From IMG/VR virus record IMGVR_UViG_3300025809_000025, positions 1-54,707 of that record: a stretch of DNA of 54,707 bases. The stretch is one strand, 5' to 3'. The DNA is from a virus. Its lineage: Duplodnaviria > Caudoviricetes. The translations under genes and the position numbers were made by a program. Positions 1 to 9,255 of the stretch are shown piece by piece. Every line of letters starts with the position of its first letter. The stretch's first letter is position 1. The notes beneath the pieces were generated by a model that made no database searches, was not told the origin of the DNA, and was given only the letters and a program-made list of their open reading frames with translations.

Positions 1-1629
1 GTTAAGTCTTAGGCAAGAAGCCCCAGACTGCGTAGCCGATGCCTGTCCAGTGGGTGCAACCTCAAAACCTGCATTAGCGAGACCTTGCGTAGTTTTACCC
101 ACCAACAGGTTTCGTGAGGCATCAATTCGCATGGCTTCTACATTGTTTGTTCTAAACTGCATATCTCCGTTTTCACGGTTATTGATAAACGCAGTTACTC
201 CTGAATGACTAATATCAAAACCATCTGTATTGGCATTGCCTTGCGCGTCTGAGCTTAGTTTTAAAGTAGAGCCTGTAGAACCACTGACATGAAGTGTTGT
301 ATCAGCATAAGAAGTTGGCAAACTAGTACCAATACCTACGCTACCTGAGAACGTGGCGTTGCCTGATGAGTTTATAACAAAGCGGCTTACACCTTGCGTT
401 ACATCTCGTATTTCAAAGCCATTGTTGGATACACCTGATATTACGGGCGCTATTCTCCAATTTGTAACTGTAGTTCCCCATGTGTTTTGTAATTCAAGCC
501 TACCAGACCCATTAGCACCAGATAAATGTAACAGAGAAGCAGGATTCGTAACGCCCAACCCTAGCCGCGAGGTAGAACTATCCCAATAGAAATTTTGTGA
601 AGTCCCCGCAGAATCGTAGAAGCTGATGTCACCGCCAGTGGCTATGTCTAGCCTAAGCACTTCAGACCCAGAAGCCCCTGACCTAAACTGATAACGTCCG
701 TTATAAAAGTTATCAAATTTTACTATTTCGTCAGAATCAAGATTTATTGCGGCATCTATCGTCCCACTGCGATTCCATTGAATACCTCTCTTTTGAACTC
801 CGTTTCTATCAACAGTAAGCCCATCGGCTGTCACTGAGCCTGATACCAACACAGCGCCTGATGAAAATCTAGCAACCTCAGTAGAGCCGTTAAAAATTTC
901 TACCCTAGACCCTGAGTCAACACTATTAGCATCTGATGTAATTCTTAAATTGTCACTAGCAGACAAAATCGTGTGCGATAAATTTGTAACGCTTGAATCG
1001 TTAAAGGTAATAGTAGGATTTGTGTCACCTAGCGTAATATCTCCCGTGACCGAAATTCCGCTAGAGGTGGTGGCTACAGAAATATTTCCTGCGTGGCGTA
1101 AAGTTACAGCACCGCCTTGGAGGGCTTCCATATACAGCGTATTGTTTGCATCGCGTAGATTGAGGTGCGTTCCTTTGATAATTAAGTTGCCAGTGCCTAC
1201 ATCCGAAATGTAGCTATGGCTACCATCACCATAGATTTCTAACTGGCTGTTAAAGATTGCCTTATTGTTTGTACCAAGTGACAGGTTGCCTGTCATCGTA
1301 TCTCCAGTAATGGAGACAGATTCTGTGTCGGCTTGGGTGCTTAAATCATTTAGTGCAGCAGCAGTTACACGGAGTGAAAACTCCGCGCCAGAGGAATGGC
1401 TTATTGCAGTCGTGCCGTCCTGCCCCCTTACAACTGTAAAGGTCGTTCCCGAGATGGCTGTTACCTTGACAATCTCCGAGCCTGAACCCGTTCCGATTGT
1501 TGCATAGAAATAATCACTGCCTCCCAACGTAGGGAAGAGTGAAGCGCTGGTAACACTGAGAGACGTTGCTGTATCAGAAACGCCACTAGCCAGCGTAGTG
1601 CTAGCTAGGTTCGAGAACTTAATCGCCAT
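1..1629 (-). CDS. Tail fibre protein, N-terminal part (runs off the left end)
   Basis: Missing from the ORF track. ATG at 1629 after GGAG; the frame is open to position 1: MAIKFSNLASTTLASGVSDTATSLSV...EIVKVTAISGTTFTVVRGQDGT...GSVGIGTS...EAMRIDASRNLLVGKT, typical tail-fibre motifs. Confidence 0.85.
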   Translation of the reverse strand, partial: MAIKFSNLASTTLASGVSDTATSLSVTSASLFPTLGGSDYFYATIGTGSGSEIVKVTAISGTTFTVVRGQDGTTAISHSSGAEFSLRVTAAALNDLSTQADTESVSITGDTMTGNLSLGTNNKAIFNSQLEIYGDGSHSYISDVGTGNLIIKGTHLNLRDANNTLYMEALQGGAVTLRHAGNISVATTSSGISVTGDITLGDTNPTITFNDSSVTNLSHTILSASDNLRITSDANSVDSGSRVEIFNGSTEVARFSSGAVLVSGSVTADGLTVDRNGVQKRGIQWNRSGTIDAAINLDSDEIVKFDNFYNGRYQFRSGASGSEVLRLDIATGGDISFYDSAGTSQNFYWDSSTSRLGLGVTNPASLLHLSGANGSGRLELQNTWGTTVTNWRIAPVISGVSNNGFEIRDVTQGVSRFVINSSGNATFSGSVGIGTSLPTSYADTTLHVSGSTGSTLKLSSDAQGNANTDGFDISHSGVTAFINNRENGDMQFRTNNVEAMRIDASRNLLVGKTTQGLANAGFEVAPTGQASATQSGASCLRLN

Positions 1630-1638
1630 TTATGGCTC

Positions 1639-2085
1639 CTAGCTAGCTGTAATTGTCCACGTAATACTTAAACTGTCTGTACTTGCCTTGTTAATAATCG
1701 AAAAGACAGTTCTGCAAAGCATCGTACCGCTTGAAGATGCATTAAAGATTGCAGCCTCAACAACACCAGCCGAAGAGGAAGGAGTTCCTGCGGGGAACGT
1801 GGCGACATAAACAATGTCATTGTTTGTAGCTGTAGTGCTAGCAAGCGCGACTCGCGCAACTTCTGAGCCCAGTGTAGTATTACCTACAGCTGCTGCCGTA
1901 CTGGATGTACCGATAGCCATGTGCGACATAACGGTAGCTGACGTTCCAGCCATACGAGATGCAACAAAGGTCTTACCTGTAGTAACAACCAAGTTGGGAA
2001 TTTCTTGAGTTTCTTTTGTGGTGCCGTCTGCTGCTATTAAGTTAACAGTCAAGCGCCCTTTTAAATTTAGATCATCAACGATCAT
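1639..2085 (-). CDS. Phage tail-associated structural protein
   Basis: 148 aa, Thr/Ser/Ala-rich beta protein (NLVVTTGK...MSHMAIGT...EAAIFNASSSGTML) directly upstream of the fibre gene; GGAG RBS. Confidence 0.7.
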   Translation of the reverse strand: MIVDDLNLKGRLTVNLIAADGTTKETQEIPNLVVTTGKTFVASRMAGTSATVMSHMAIGTSSTAAAVGNTTLGSEVARVALASTTATNNDIVYVATFPAGTPSSSAGVVEAAIFNASSSGTMLCRTVFSIINKASTDSLSITWTITAS

Positions 2086-2259
2086 GGTAGGTCTCCGAAT
2101 TAATCAGCATTCAATATCTTACTGCCGTATATTTTTAAATAACGGCAATACTGAACTGTCGAACTTTCCTATCCATGAAGACAGCGTAACTGCGTCATGT
2201 AGCTAAGGTACTGATATGACAGACTCCGACGCAGGAAAAAGTCAGTGGTTTCACAATAC

Positions 2260-2288
2260 ATTATAGTGGTTGAAACAGTATTTGACAA
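2260..2288 (-). promoter_or_regulatory. Sigma70-type promoter for the tail-fibre genes
   Basis: Minus strand TTGTCA-17 nt-TATAAT in an intergenic gap. Confidence 0.7.
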
Positions 2289-2317
2289 AGCAAATAAATC
2301 CTGTTTACACCTAGAAG

Positions 2318-3277
2318 CTAGCCTGCGTTAAGAACCATGTTGCCGACTAACGTTCTGTTTAATAAAGCGTGCGTTACAATATGGTCAAACGCCAAGCTAT
2401 CAGACATACCAACCACGTTAGTTTTAACACCCTCAACATCTTTATCAATCTGAGCAAAATCATCTAACGTGTAGTAATCCTGAAGGGTGGTATTTATAAC
2501 AAAGGTAGGCGTTGCGTCTGAGAATGTTACGGTGTCATTAAGCTCACCCGTTACCGTTACTGCGCTACCGACCTGATTAAATACAAAGTTGTTTGGCTGT
2601 CTTGTTATGGTTAACTGGTCCAGTAAGATGGCTGGCTCTGATATACCTTTACCCACTACAAATGTTTGTGACTCTGTAAATGATTGAGCGTCAACAGCAC
2701 CTTTGTTGGGGTGGGTAGATATTTGATCCGCAAAATTATAATTATTAGATAGAGCCTTTCCGGCATGAGATGAAATGCTCTCAGCCATGACTACTGGGTT
2801 ATTGAAGGATCGTATGAAGGTTAAAAGCGTGTGGACATTTTCACTGAAAGCAAAAGAGTCAACAGAAGCCTTGCCTACAGTAACTGCATGAGACTCAGTT
2901 AAGGAGTAGGGGTCTGATACGTTCTTTCCCGCTTGTGTTCGTGCAAAGTCAGCAAAGTTAATATTATCAGATAAAACCTTTCCGACCGTAAACACAGGGT
3001 CAGGTGATAAGAATCCAAGCGTGTCGTTTATACCCTTATCTACGGCAAATACAGCAGAATCAGCTAATGAGTACTGATCATTAAACGTGTAAATTGTTCT
3101 TTCAGCATTGACATGTACGTCGTGGAGATAGAGGTTTTTCCAGTTTGCTACAGCAGTTAACTTAGAAAAAGATATCTGATTACCTAATTCAGGAACTAAC
3201 GACGCATCTAAGCTCAGCTTCCTGTGAGAAACTGTAGCTTGGATGGTTTTAAAGGATACTGTAGCCTTAATAGCCAT
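2318..3277 (-). CDS. Virion structural protein with short internal repeats
   Basis: 319 aa with recurring 'GK..SD...F.D/E' ~19-aa units; located in the tail module. Confidence 0.6.
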   Translation of the reverse strand: MAIKATVSFKTIQATVSHRKLSLDASLVPELGNQISFSKLTAVANWKNLYLHDVHVNAERTIYTFNDQYSLADSAVFAVDKGINDTLGFLSPDPVFTVGKVLSDNINFADFARTQAGKNVSDPYSLTESHAVTVGKASVDSFAFSENVHTLLTFIRSFNNPVVMAESISSHAGKALSNNYNFADQISTHPNKGAVDAQSFTESQTFVVGKGISEPAILLDQLTITRQPNNFVFNQVGSAVTVTGELNDTVTFSDATPTFVINTTLQDYYTLDDFAQIDKDVEGVKTNVVGMSDSLAFDHIVTHALLNRTLVGNMVLNAG

Positions 3278-3283
3278 AAGCTA

Positions 3284-3658
3284 TTAACCGAACTGTGATC
3301 GAACTTTAAACTTAATCAAATCCAAAACAGTCTGAGTTCTAGAAGCCGAGTCTGTAAATTCAATCTCACCCTCTAAAACACCACTACTATCTAAAGTGTC
3401 TGAGTCAAAAAGGAACGTTACCTTTCCTGCTTGAGGGTTGGTAATAGTACCAAGCAAGGTGTCCACTAAAGCAGTCTGACCAACAACACGAACTCTCATT
3501 CGAACAGATCCACCAGTCAAATCAAGAGCTGCAAACGTAGTGGGATCATCAACATCAAGTACAGCTCCAGCAACAGCAGTGTTGCTATCTTTTAAAGTGA
3601 TCTCAATCTCCGGCAGCTGGTCTCCCTGAACTAGATTGATAGTAGTTAAATATGCCAT
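3284..3658 (-). CDS. BppU-like (baseplate upper N-terminal) tail protein
   Basis: LVQGDQLP...LDLTG..V...GKVTF...G..EGEIEFT...QTV pattern of BppU_N-like domains. Confidence 0.6.
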   Translation of the reverse strand: MAYLTTINLVQGDQLPEIEITLKDSNTAVAGAVLDVDDPTTFAALDLTGGSVRMRVRVVGQTALVDTLLGTITNPQAGKVTFLFDSDTLDSSGVLEGEIEFTDSASRTQTVLDLIKFKVRSQFG

Positions 3659-4281
3659 CAGATAAATGCCCTCGGTTTACAGGTTAAAGAACCACCGCTA
3701 AATCCATACTTCACCTGACGTATTACTCGACCAACGCTTCTCTCAAACAGCTGCTTGTTATTACCAGCAGCGTTAGGGTTGGACCAAGGCTGACCTGACA
3801 TCATTTGTAGCCGATACAATGCACCGTGAGCAATAGCTTCTCTATGCTCCTTACCTACACTGTCAGGGATACTTGTGCTTGTTGATGTCGGTTTAACTGA
3901 ATACAAAACTCTGAATGAATCAGACTCAGCAGGAATTGGCGCTAAATAGAAGTCAGAGTTGTCACGCTGTGCATAATAAGCAGGCGTTCCTGTTGTGTTT
4001 TCATCGCCTAAACGAAGCAGTAATTGGCTGTAGCTAATAGGATTCAAAGCAGTCTTGTCATTAAAAACGTCAAGAATGTGATTTAACTCTGTGCCTGTAG
4101 GTAGAGATACAGCATATTCGTTCAGTCCAGCAATTACCGTAATGAACTCGGGCTCCGGTATGTAGATGTCAGTTCTAGCACAAAAGTCTATTGCCGAATC
4201 TCTTACCGATCTCTCAATAAGAAAGTCAGGAGCGCCCTGCGCCTCAGGTCGAACGTACAGAGAAAAATCAGAATACTTCAT
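3658..4281 (-). CDS. Putative head-tail adaptor / tail tubular protein
   Basis: 207 aa (AIDFCART..., AIAHGALYRL...PWSNP) in the post-capsid position typical of podovirus adaptors. Confidence 0.55.
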   Translation of the reverse strand: MKYSDFSLYVRPEAQGAPDFLIERSVRDSAIDFCARTDIYIPEPEFITVIAGLNEYAVSLPTGTELNHILDVFNDKTALNPISYSQLLLRLGDENTTGTPAYYAQRDNSDFYLAPIPAESDSFRVLYSVKPTSTSTSIPDSVGKEHREAIAHGALYRLQMMSGQPWSNPNAAGNNKQLFERSVGRVIRQVKYGFSGGSLTCKPRAFI

Positions 4282-4946
4282 TAGCCATTACCCATCATTG
4301 CAGGTACTGGCGTGGTTGCGCTATCCGCTTGGGTCTTAACGCCTAAGGCATTAGCAAAGCTTTGATAGTGCATCATTGCCCTTTGAGCGTTACCGGCAAA
4401 CTCTGAGTCTTTCTGATATGAGCGATACAATACATAATCTAATATACAATTTGAATAAACGTCATCCAAACTGATTACGGTCGTGTCTGTATCGAAGTTC
4501 GATATAGAAATTTCTGCCGGTGCAGAACTATACACAACTTCTAGGCTGTGAGTTCCACTAGCACCCTTAGGGTAAACGTAAAAATTCTTTGGGTCGGCGG
4601 GATCGTACACATAGTGCTCAATCTTATTTGTTCCCGCAGCTGTTTCATGCCAGTTAGGTAAAGTCTCATCAAGGATTCTTCTCTCTACTTGAGTCACTGC
4701 TCTACCGCCAACATTCCTAACCACCTCAATTAAACGCAAAGCTTGCGTCGGAAGTGTTTGTTTACTGCCTGCTGCACACGCAAACGTAGTGTTAACCATT
4801 GTTGCGTCTGGACGATGCAATACAACTTCTTTCTGTGCATCGTTAAAGAACTTTAAAAGCTCTGAGTTTGGAAACCGGACATTCGTATTATCCTGAAGAA
4901 TAATTGCAGCCCGATCTAAAATGTCTATTACCTTAGTTGTCGCCAT
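4281..4946 (-). CDS. Putative head-tail adaptor protein (DUF6682-like)
   Basis: RAAIILQD...RFP..ELL..FNDAQKEVV..RPDA and DYVLYRSYQKDSEFAGN motifs; position after MCP. Confidence 0.6.
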   Translation of the reverse strand: MATTKVIDILDRAAIILQDNTNVRFPNSELLKFFNDAQKEVVLHRPDATMVNTTFACAAGSKQTLPTQALRLIEVVRNVGGRAVTQVERRILDETLPNWHETAAGTNKIEHYVYDPADPKNFYVYPKGASGTHSLEVVYSSAPAEISISNFDTDTTVISLDDVYSNCILDYVLYRSYQKDSEFAGNAQRAMMHYQSFANALGVKTQADSATTPVPAMMGNG

Positions 4947-5211
4947 TATCGGTCTCCCATTCGATTACTTGTAAATCGGGGTTGTTTTTAAAAATCGGGT
5001 TGTAGTCAAACTCGTTACCAGTGATAACATTTTTGACCCGCTTCGGGATAAGCTCTTCAGTCTTTTTTGGAGGGTTAGCTTTATCTTTAGCTAATCTCTG
5101 CACCTGATCTTCTAGCTGCTCAAGGGTTAGCCTTCTGTCTAAATTAACGTTGAAGTCTTCCTTAGCCTGAATGAATATCTCGTCTTTTTTTGTCTTTGAT
5201 TTCTTGGTCAT
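4933..5211 (-). CDS. Hypothetical protein
   Basis: 92-aa ORF in operon with the adaptor genes. Confidence 0.6.
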   Translation of the reverse strand: MTKKSKTKKDEIFIQAKEDFNVNLDRRLTLEQLEDQVQRLAKDKANPPKKTEELIPKRVKNVITGNEFDYNPIFKNNPDLQVIEWETDNGDN

Positions 5212-5223
5212 AAGTGTCTCGCT

Positions 5224-5248
5224 AAAAAGGGGGAGGAAAACCTCCCCC
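5224..5248 (-). terminator. Rho-independent terminator after the major capsid gene
   Basis: Minus strand GGGGGAGG-TTTT-CCTCCCCC followed by TTTTT. Confidence 0.85.
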
Positions 5249-5263
5249 GATCATTAGTCGATC

Positions 5264-6121
5264 TTAGGTCCACTTACCAACGCAAAGTGCGTCAGGAGTA
5301 ACAACCTTAGAACCGTACACCTTCAAACCACGTACCTGATCGCCAAAAGTGCTTTCCATGCGAACAGTTTCAGTGTTAGTGAACTGTGAAGCGAAGGACA
5401 ACGCTTTTGGGTGACCGGCTAGAACGTGGGTGTAACCCGCGTCGGCACCAGAAGCAGGGGCGTAAACCATGTTGCTTTGGAATACCTTGAAACGGTCAAC
5501 CATTCCAACCAATCCGTTACGGAGAGGAGAAGTAGCATCGCCAGTCAAGTACGCTTGACGCAACTCAGACTGCTTGAGCATAGAGATGAACTCAGGAGAA
5601 AGAACGATGAATCGACCTTCTTCTGGAATGTTCAACTCATCAAGAGTCTTAGAAAGAACCAAGATGTTTTCCAAAATGTTGGAAGACGTGATAGTCGTCT
5701 GTGCACCGATAGTAGTGGCACCAGTGACAGCGCTAGACAATACGTCAGTCTCAACTGCAATACGCATACCTTCAGAAGCATCAGTAGATGCAGCTTCTAG
5801 CATGTTAATGTCAGCTTGAGCAGCCAACACATCATCAACTTTAAAGCTGTAGTACTTAGCTTTATCAACAAGCATTTCTACTTTAGCAGTAGTCAGCTCT
5901 TGAGTTGTGATAGTGCCAGCGTAGTCATTAATAGTTACAGCCGGAACTGTACGAATAACAACTTTGTCGCCTTGACCAGAGATCTCACCTTCATAGTCGG
6001 TGTTTGAAATTTCGGGTAAAATTGATTTGCTGTAGAACTTAGCCTGAAGGAGTTTGGAAAACACCTCTGGGATAAAGTTTACTTCAGATGTAGCACCCGT
6101 TGAAAATTGTGAAAAAGACAT
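5264..6121 (-). CDS. Major capsid protein (P22 coat-like, HK97 fold)
   Basis: FIPEVFS...NTDYEGEI...GDKVVI...VPEEGR-like...FGDQVRGLKVYG motifs; follows the scaffold gene and precedes a terminator. Confidence 0.9.
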   Translation of the reverse strand: MSFSQFSTGATSEVNFIPEVFSKLLQAKFYSKSILPEISNTDYEGEISGQGDKVVIRTVPAVTINDYAGTITTQELTTAKVEMLVDKAKYYSFKVDDVLAAQADINMLEAASTDASEGMRIAVETDVLSSAVTGATTIGAQTTITSSNILENILVLSKTLDELNIPEEGRFIVLSPEFISMLKQSELRQAYLTGDATSPLRNGLVGMVDRFKVFQSNMVYAPASGADAGYTHVLAGHPKALSFASQFTNTETVRMESTFGDQVRGLKVYGSKVVTPDALCVGKWT

Positions 6122-6140
6122 TTTATTACCTCACAAGAGA

Positions 6141-7061
6141 TTAGCGGCGTATCGATCCACTTTCCATCGCTTTGAGAATTTCTGTTTGATGCTTTTCAAA
6201 CACTTGGTTTGGCATCCTCATAATCTCATCGACAGTCCAGTATTTCTTATCGCCTTTAATTTGTGACTTTCGAGCTTTGGGCATTTTAGGTTCTGCAACC
6301 GTCTTTGCTCGCTCAAGAGCCTGCTCTTGCAGCGTGGGAGCTGGTACGCCCATATCCGCCTTAAACTTCGAAAGAACAGTGTTTACATCATTAGACGAAC
6401 CTTCTTGAATCCAAGTCTTCGTCTGAGCGTCCGCATCTTCTAACCAGTTCAACCAATCAGCAGAGTCCACAATGGAATCTACGTCAGGGTGTACAGATCG
6501 AATCCGCTCGAAGTGCTCAGCATGTGCCTGCGCCTCTAACGCCTGATATTTACTTTGTTCCTGCTCAGCTAAAGCTTCCTTAGCCTTACCAACTTCATCT
6601 TGCGTCCGCTTAAGTTCATCAAGCAAAGGTCCAGCTAGATCAGGATAATCTTCCCGAATCTGTGCCAGCTTGCTGTCATCCCTAGAAACTTCTACAAGTT
6701 GACTCTTCAACTCCGTAACACTTTTGATCAGGTCGGCATTTTGCCGCTTCAAGTCAGCAGTTTCTTGAGTTGCTTTCGTCATTCTCGCCTGTGCGCCCTT
6801 CATTGCTTTCTCGGCTTTTTCTAAAGCCAACTTCAGTTCCGAGTCCTCGCTGCGTTCTGACTCTTCTTCTGTGTCCTCATCCGCTTGAATTTCAACCTTG
6901 TCCGTGGGATCGGGGGCTTCTACTTGCAACGCCTCGGGTTCTTCTGGGGTATCCTCTTGAGGTTGATCTGCCTCTAGGGTCTCAGTCTTACCTTTAGTCA
7001 TTTGTTCGAACAATTCTTTCGCTTCAGCTTCCAGTCGCGCTGGGTCATTTCTCTTTGACAT
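6141..7061 (-). CDS. Capsid scaffolding protein
   Basis: Acidic coiled-coil 306-aa protein between portal and MCP, ending in ...EILKAMESGSIRR. Confidence 0.75.
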   Translation of the reverse strand: MSKRNDPARLEAEAKELFEQMTKGKTETLEADQPQEDTPEEPEALQVEAPDPTDKVEIQADEDTEEESERSEDSELKLALEKAEKAMKGAQARMTKATQETADLKRQNADLIKSVTELKSQLVEVSRDDSKLAQIREDYPDLAGPLLDELKRTQDEVGKAKEALAEQEQSKYQALEAQAHAEHFERIRSVHPDVDSIVDSADWLNWLEDADAQTKTWIQEGSSNDVNTVLSKFKADMGVPAPTLQEQALERAKTVAEPKMPKARKSQIKGDKKYWTVDEIMRMPNQVFEKHQTEILKAMESGSIRR

Positions 7062-7097
7062 TATTAATTTCCTTCGAGTCCCACAATGGGATATTCG

Positions 7098-7382
7098 TTA
7101 GTCTATTGCGGATATCCTTTTAGGGGTCCGCGCTTTGTCTAGAACGGCTTTTGCCGCGTCTTCAAGTTCAAGCATAAAACGCAGCTCTAATAGCCTGCCT
7201 TGCTCGAACCTAAAATTCGTCTCGTCTGCTCTTTCTAATGCTGATTGGGCACTATCAAATCGGGCTTTAATTAAGTCCCGAAGGAGATCCCATTCCGGCA
7301 TTGCCTTGAGCCGCAGGATCGCCTGCGATTGCTGCCTGTTGCATTTGAGCTTGGAGTAATTGTTGTTGTTGCTGCTGTTCAA
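7098..7382 (-). CDS. Small hypothetical protein downstream of portal (start uncertain: 7382 or 7301)
   Basis: FRFEQGRLLELRFML motif typical of the small post-portal protein; overlaps the portal 3' end. Confidence 0.6.
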   Translation of the reverse strand: MNSSNNNNYSKLKCNRQQSQAILRLKAMPEWDLLRDLIKARFDSAQSALERADETNFRFEQGRLLELRFMLELEDAAKAVLDKARTPKRISAID

Positions 7383-9252
7383 GAGCTACTTGCTCCTCAG
7401 TCTTAATAATTTCGTCGGGGTCAATATCCATGCTTTGAGCAATGTCTCGAAGAAGCTGTGTGCGCTTAACAACGCCACTTTGATCTTCCCCAACAATTGA
7501 CAAGAACTGAAGTAAACGCTGACTCTGTATCTCTTTCTGAACGAGAGAGGTACTGCCGCGTGCAACAATTCGCAAGTCACCCTTTGACTTCTCGTTAGTT
7601 CCAAACTCCATATTGAAGTGAAACAAAGCCTCAATCATTGGCTCAATCAAGAAGTCATCAATATTTTTAATTGTGCTTTTAAGTGCAATGTTTGCTGCAC
7701 CCATAAGCATAGACATACCTGTTGCTGTTTTATTTAGACCTTGTGTCTGCTCACCATGTGTATAGCTAGGTAGGCTAGTAGTCTCATCAGCAAATCTTCG
7801 GAATATCTCCACAATCTGGTTCAGTCCATTAGCGTTCGCTACTGGCTGATACCATCTAACAGCAGGCATAGAACCGTCTCCACCCTCACGCAAGAATACT
7901 CGCCAAGGGTGGATGTCTGTCGGGTCTTCTCCTGCTGCAAGCAAGTCTGTATTCACCTCGACCATAGGACCAGAAGACAAAGCCATGTTGTCTAGCCAGA
8001 TTCTTGTTGCGGTATTCATAGTTCCCTGAGAATCACGCATCATACGAGGCACGCCTGTACCCCAGAACTGATGGGGGCTGCGCTCATACGGGAAAATATG
8101 GTATGGAATTTTGTAACCAGTAATCGGGTTTAGCATTACTTTTAATACTTTCCCGTCACATACCCACACACAAGCAGAGTAATCATCAGAAAGATCTGCA
8201 TCTTCCTCCAACTCTATGCCGTGCTCTTCTAGCTCGTAACCATCTACAGTGCCCCAATACTCCATAACAACGAAGCGATTGGACTCAGAGTTCTCATGTA
8301 TACCAGCAATTCTGCGTCGTGTAGTCTCGTGATCTTCCTCTGTATGATTACCGTTACGGTGAATCTTAAGAAGATACTTAACCATGTCGCCATCAAACTG
8401 GGGTAGGTCAGCCAGATCACGCATTTGGCGGCGTGTTAAAACGTGACGACGGAACAATCCATCGCAGTCATCTAGCGTTGTGCAATAAGGGTCGGGATAT
8501 AGATCGAAGATGCTGACGCTTTCTACATCAGGAGCAACAGTTTCAACAACGCTGAGCGCATAACCCTGCTCACCGCTCTCTGGATCAAGCATCTTAGAGT
8601 AAGACTGCTTCTTATCTATCCGCACAGTACCAGCTTTTACGGCACCTGAACCAAAGATACATGCTTCTAACATGCTTTCTTTGAGCTTCATTTCTGCGTT
8701 GGTCTCTACAAGCTGGTCTTCAATGTCTACAGTCATAGACTCGGCAGCTTTTTTAGCCACCTCTATTTCTAATTCTAAAAACTCTTCCTCTAGCTCTGCC
8801 ATCCTTGCGGCTACCAAGTCCTGATTCATCATCGGATCTTGACCGCTTGCCATCATGATCTGCTCCATAGCCATCTGGCGCATTTGCATCGCCTTAAGAG
8901 GATCGATCTGAGGGACTGGGGTAGGGTCTACAGAAAAGAAAACATCGCCGTGCTGAAACAACAGGTCTATTATTCGACTGTAAGCAGCCATCACTTTTGT
9001 TCGTGTTAGCCCGACGAATACTTTTGATCGCGAACCAGACGCAGCATCTAGGCGTGCAAGTACATCAGGCTCATAAATGCCCTGATATTGGCGTAAGTCT
9101 TTTAGCCACTCGTTTTCTGTTTCTTTACGAGCGTCTTTATACTCTTGAAAAGTTCCGGCAAGACGAGAACCCAGACTCTGCATACTTTGCGCTTGCAAAC
9201 CATCTGGCTCTTTCTCTAGTTCTTCTTCACCTTCATACTCAGCATCATGCAT
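7267..9252 (-). CDS. Portal protein
   Basis: 661 aa between terL and scaffold; SIFDLYPDP, FWGTGVPRMMRD, KTATGMSMLM motifs; Gln-rich tail. Confidence 0.9.
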   Translation of the reverse strand: MHDAEYEGEEELEKEPDGLQAQSMQSLGSRLAGTFQEYKDARKETENEWLKDLRQYQGIYEPDVLARLDAASGSRSKVFVGLTRTKVMAAYSRIIDLLFQHGDVFFSVDPTPVPQIDPLKAMQMRQMAMEQIMMASGQDPMMNQDLVAARMAELEEEFLELEIEVAKKAAESMTVDIEDQLVETNAEMKLKESMLEACIFGSGAVKAGTVRIDKKQSYSKMLDPESGEQGYALSVVETVAPDVESVSIFDLYPDPYCTTLDDCDGLFRRHVLTRRQMRDLADLPQFDGDMVKYLLKIHRNGNHTEEDHETTRRRIAGIHENSESNRFVVMEYWGTVDGYELEEHGIELEEDADLSDDYSACVWVCDGKVLKVMLNPITGYKIPYHIFPYERSPHQFWGTGVPRMMRDSQGTMNTATRIWLDNMALSSGPMVEVNTDLLAAGEDPTDIHPWRVFLREGGDGSMPAVRWYQPVANANGLNQIVEIFRRFADETTSLPSYTHGEQTQGLNKTATGMSMLMGAANIALKSTIKNIDDFLIEPMIEALFHFNMEFGTNEKSKGDLRIVARGSTSLVQKEIQSQRLLQFLSIVGEDQSGVVKRTQLLRDIAQSMDIDPDEIIKTEEQVALEQQQQQQLLQAQMQQAAIAGDPAAQGNAGMGSPSGLN

Positions 9253-9255
9253 AGA

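Noticed and set aside
353-1507. Plus-strand ORFs 353-589, 950-1213 and 1265-1507
   Set aside because: Antisense shadows of the minus-strand tail-fibre gene (1-1629).
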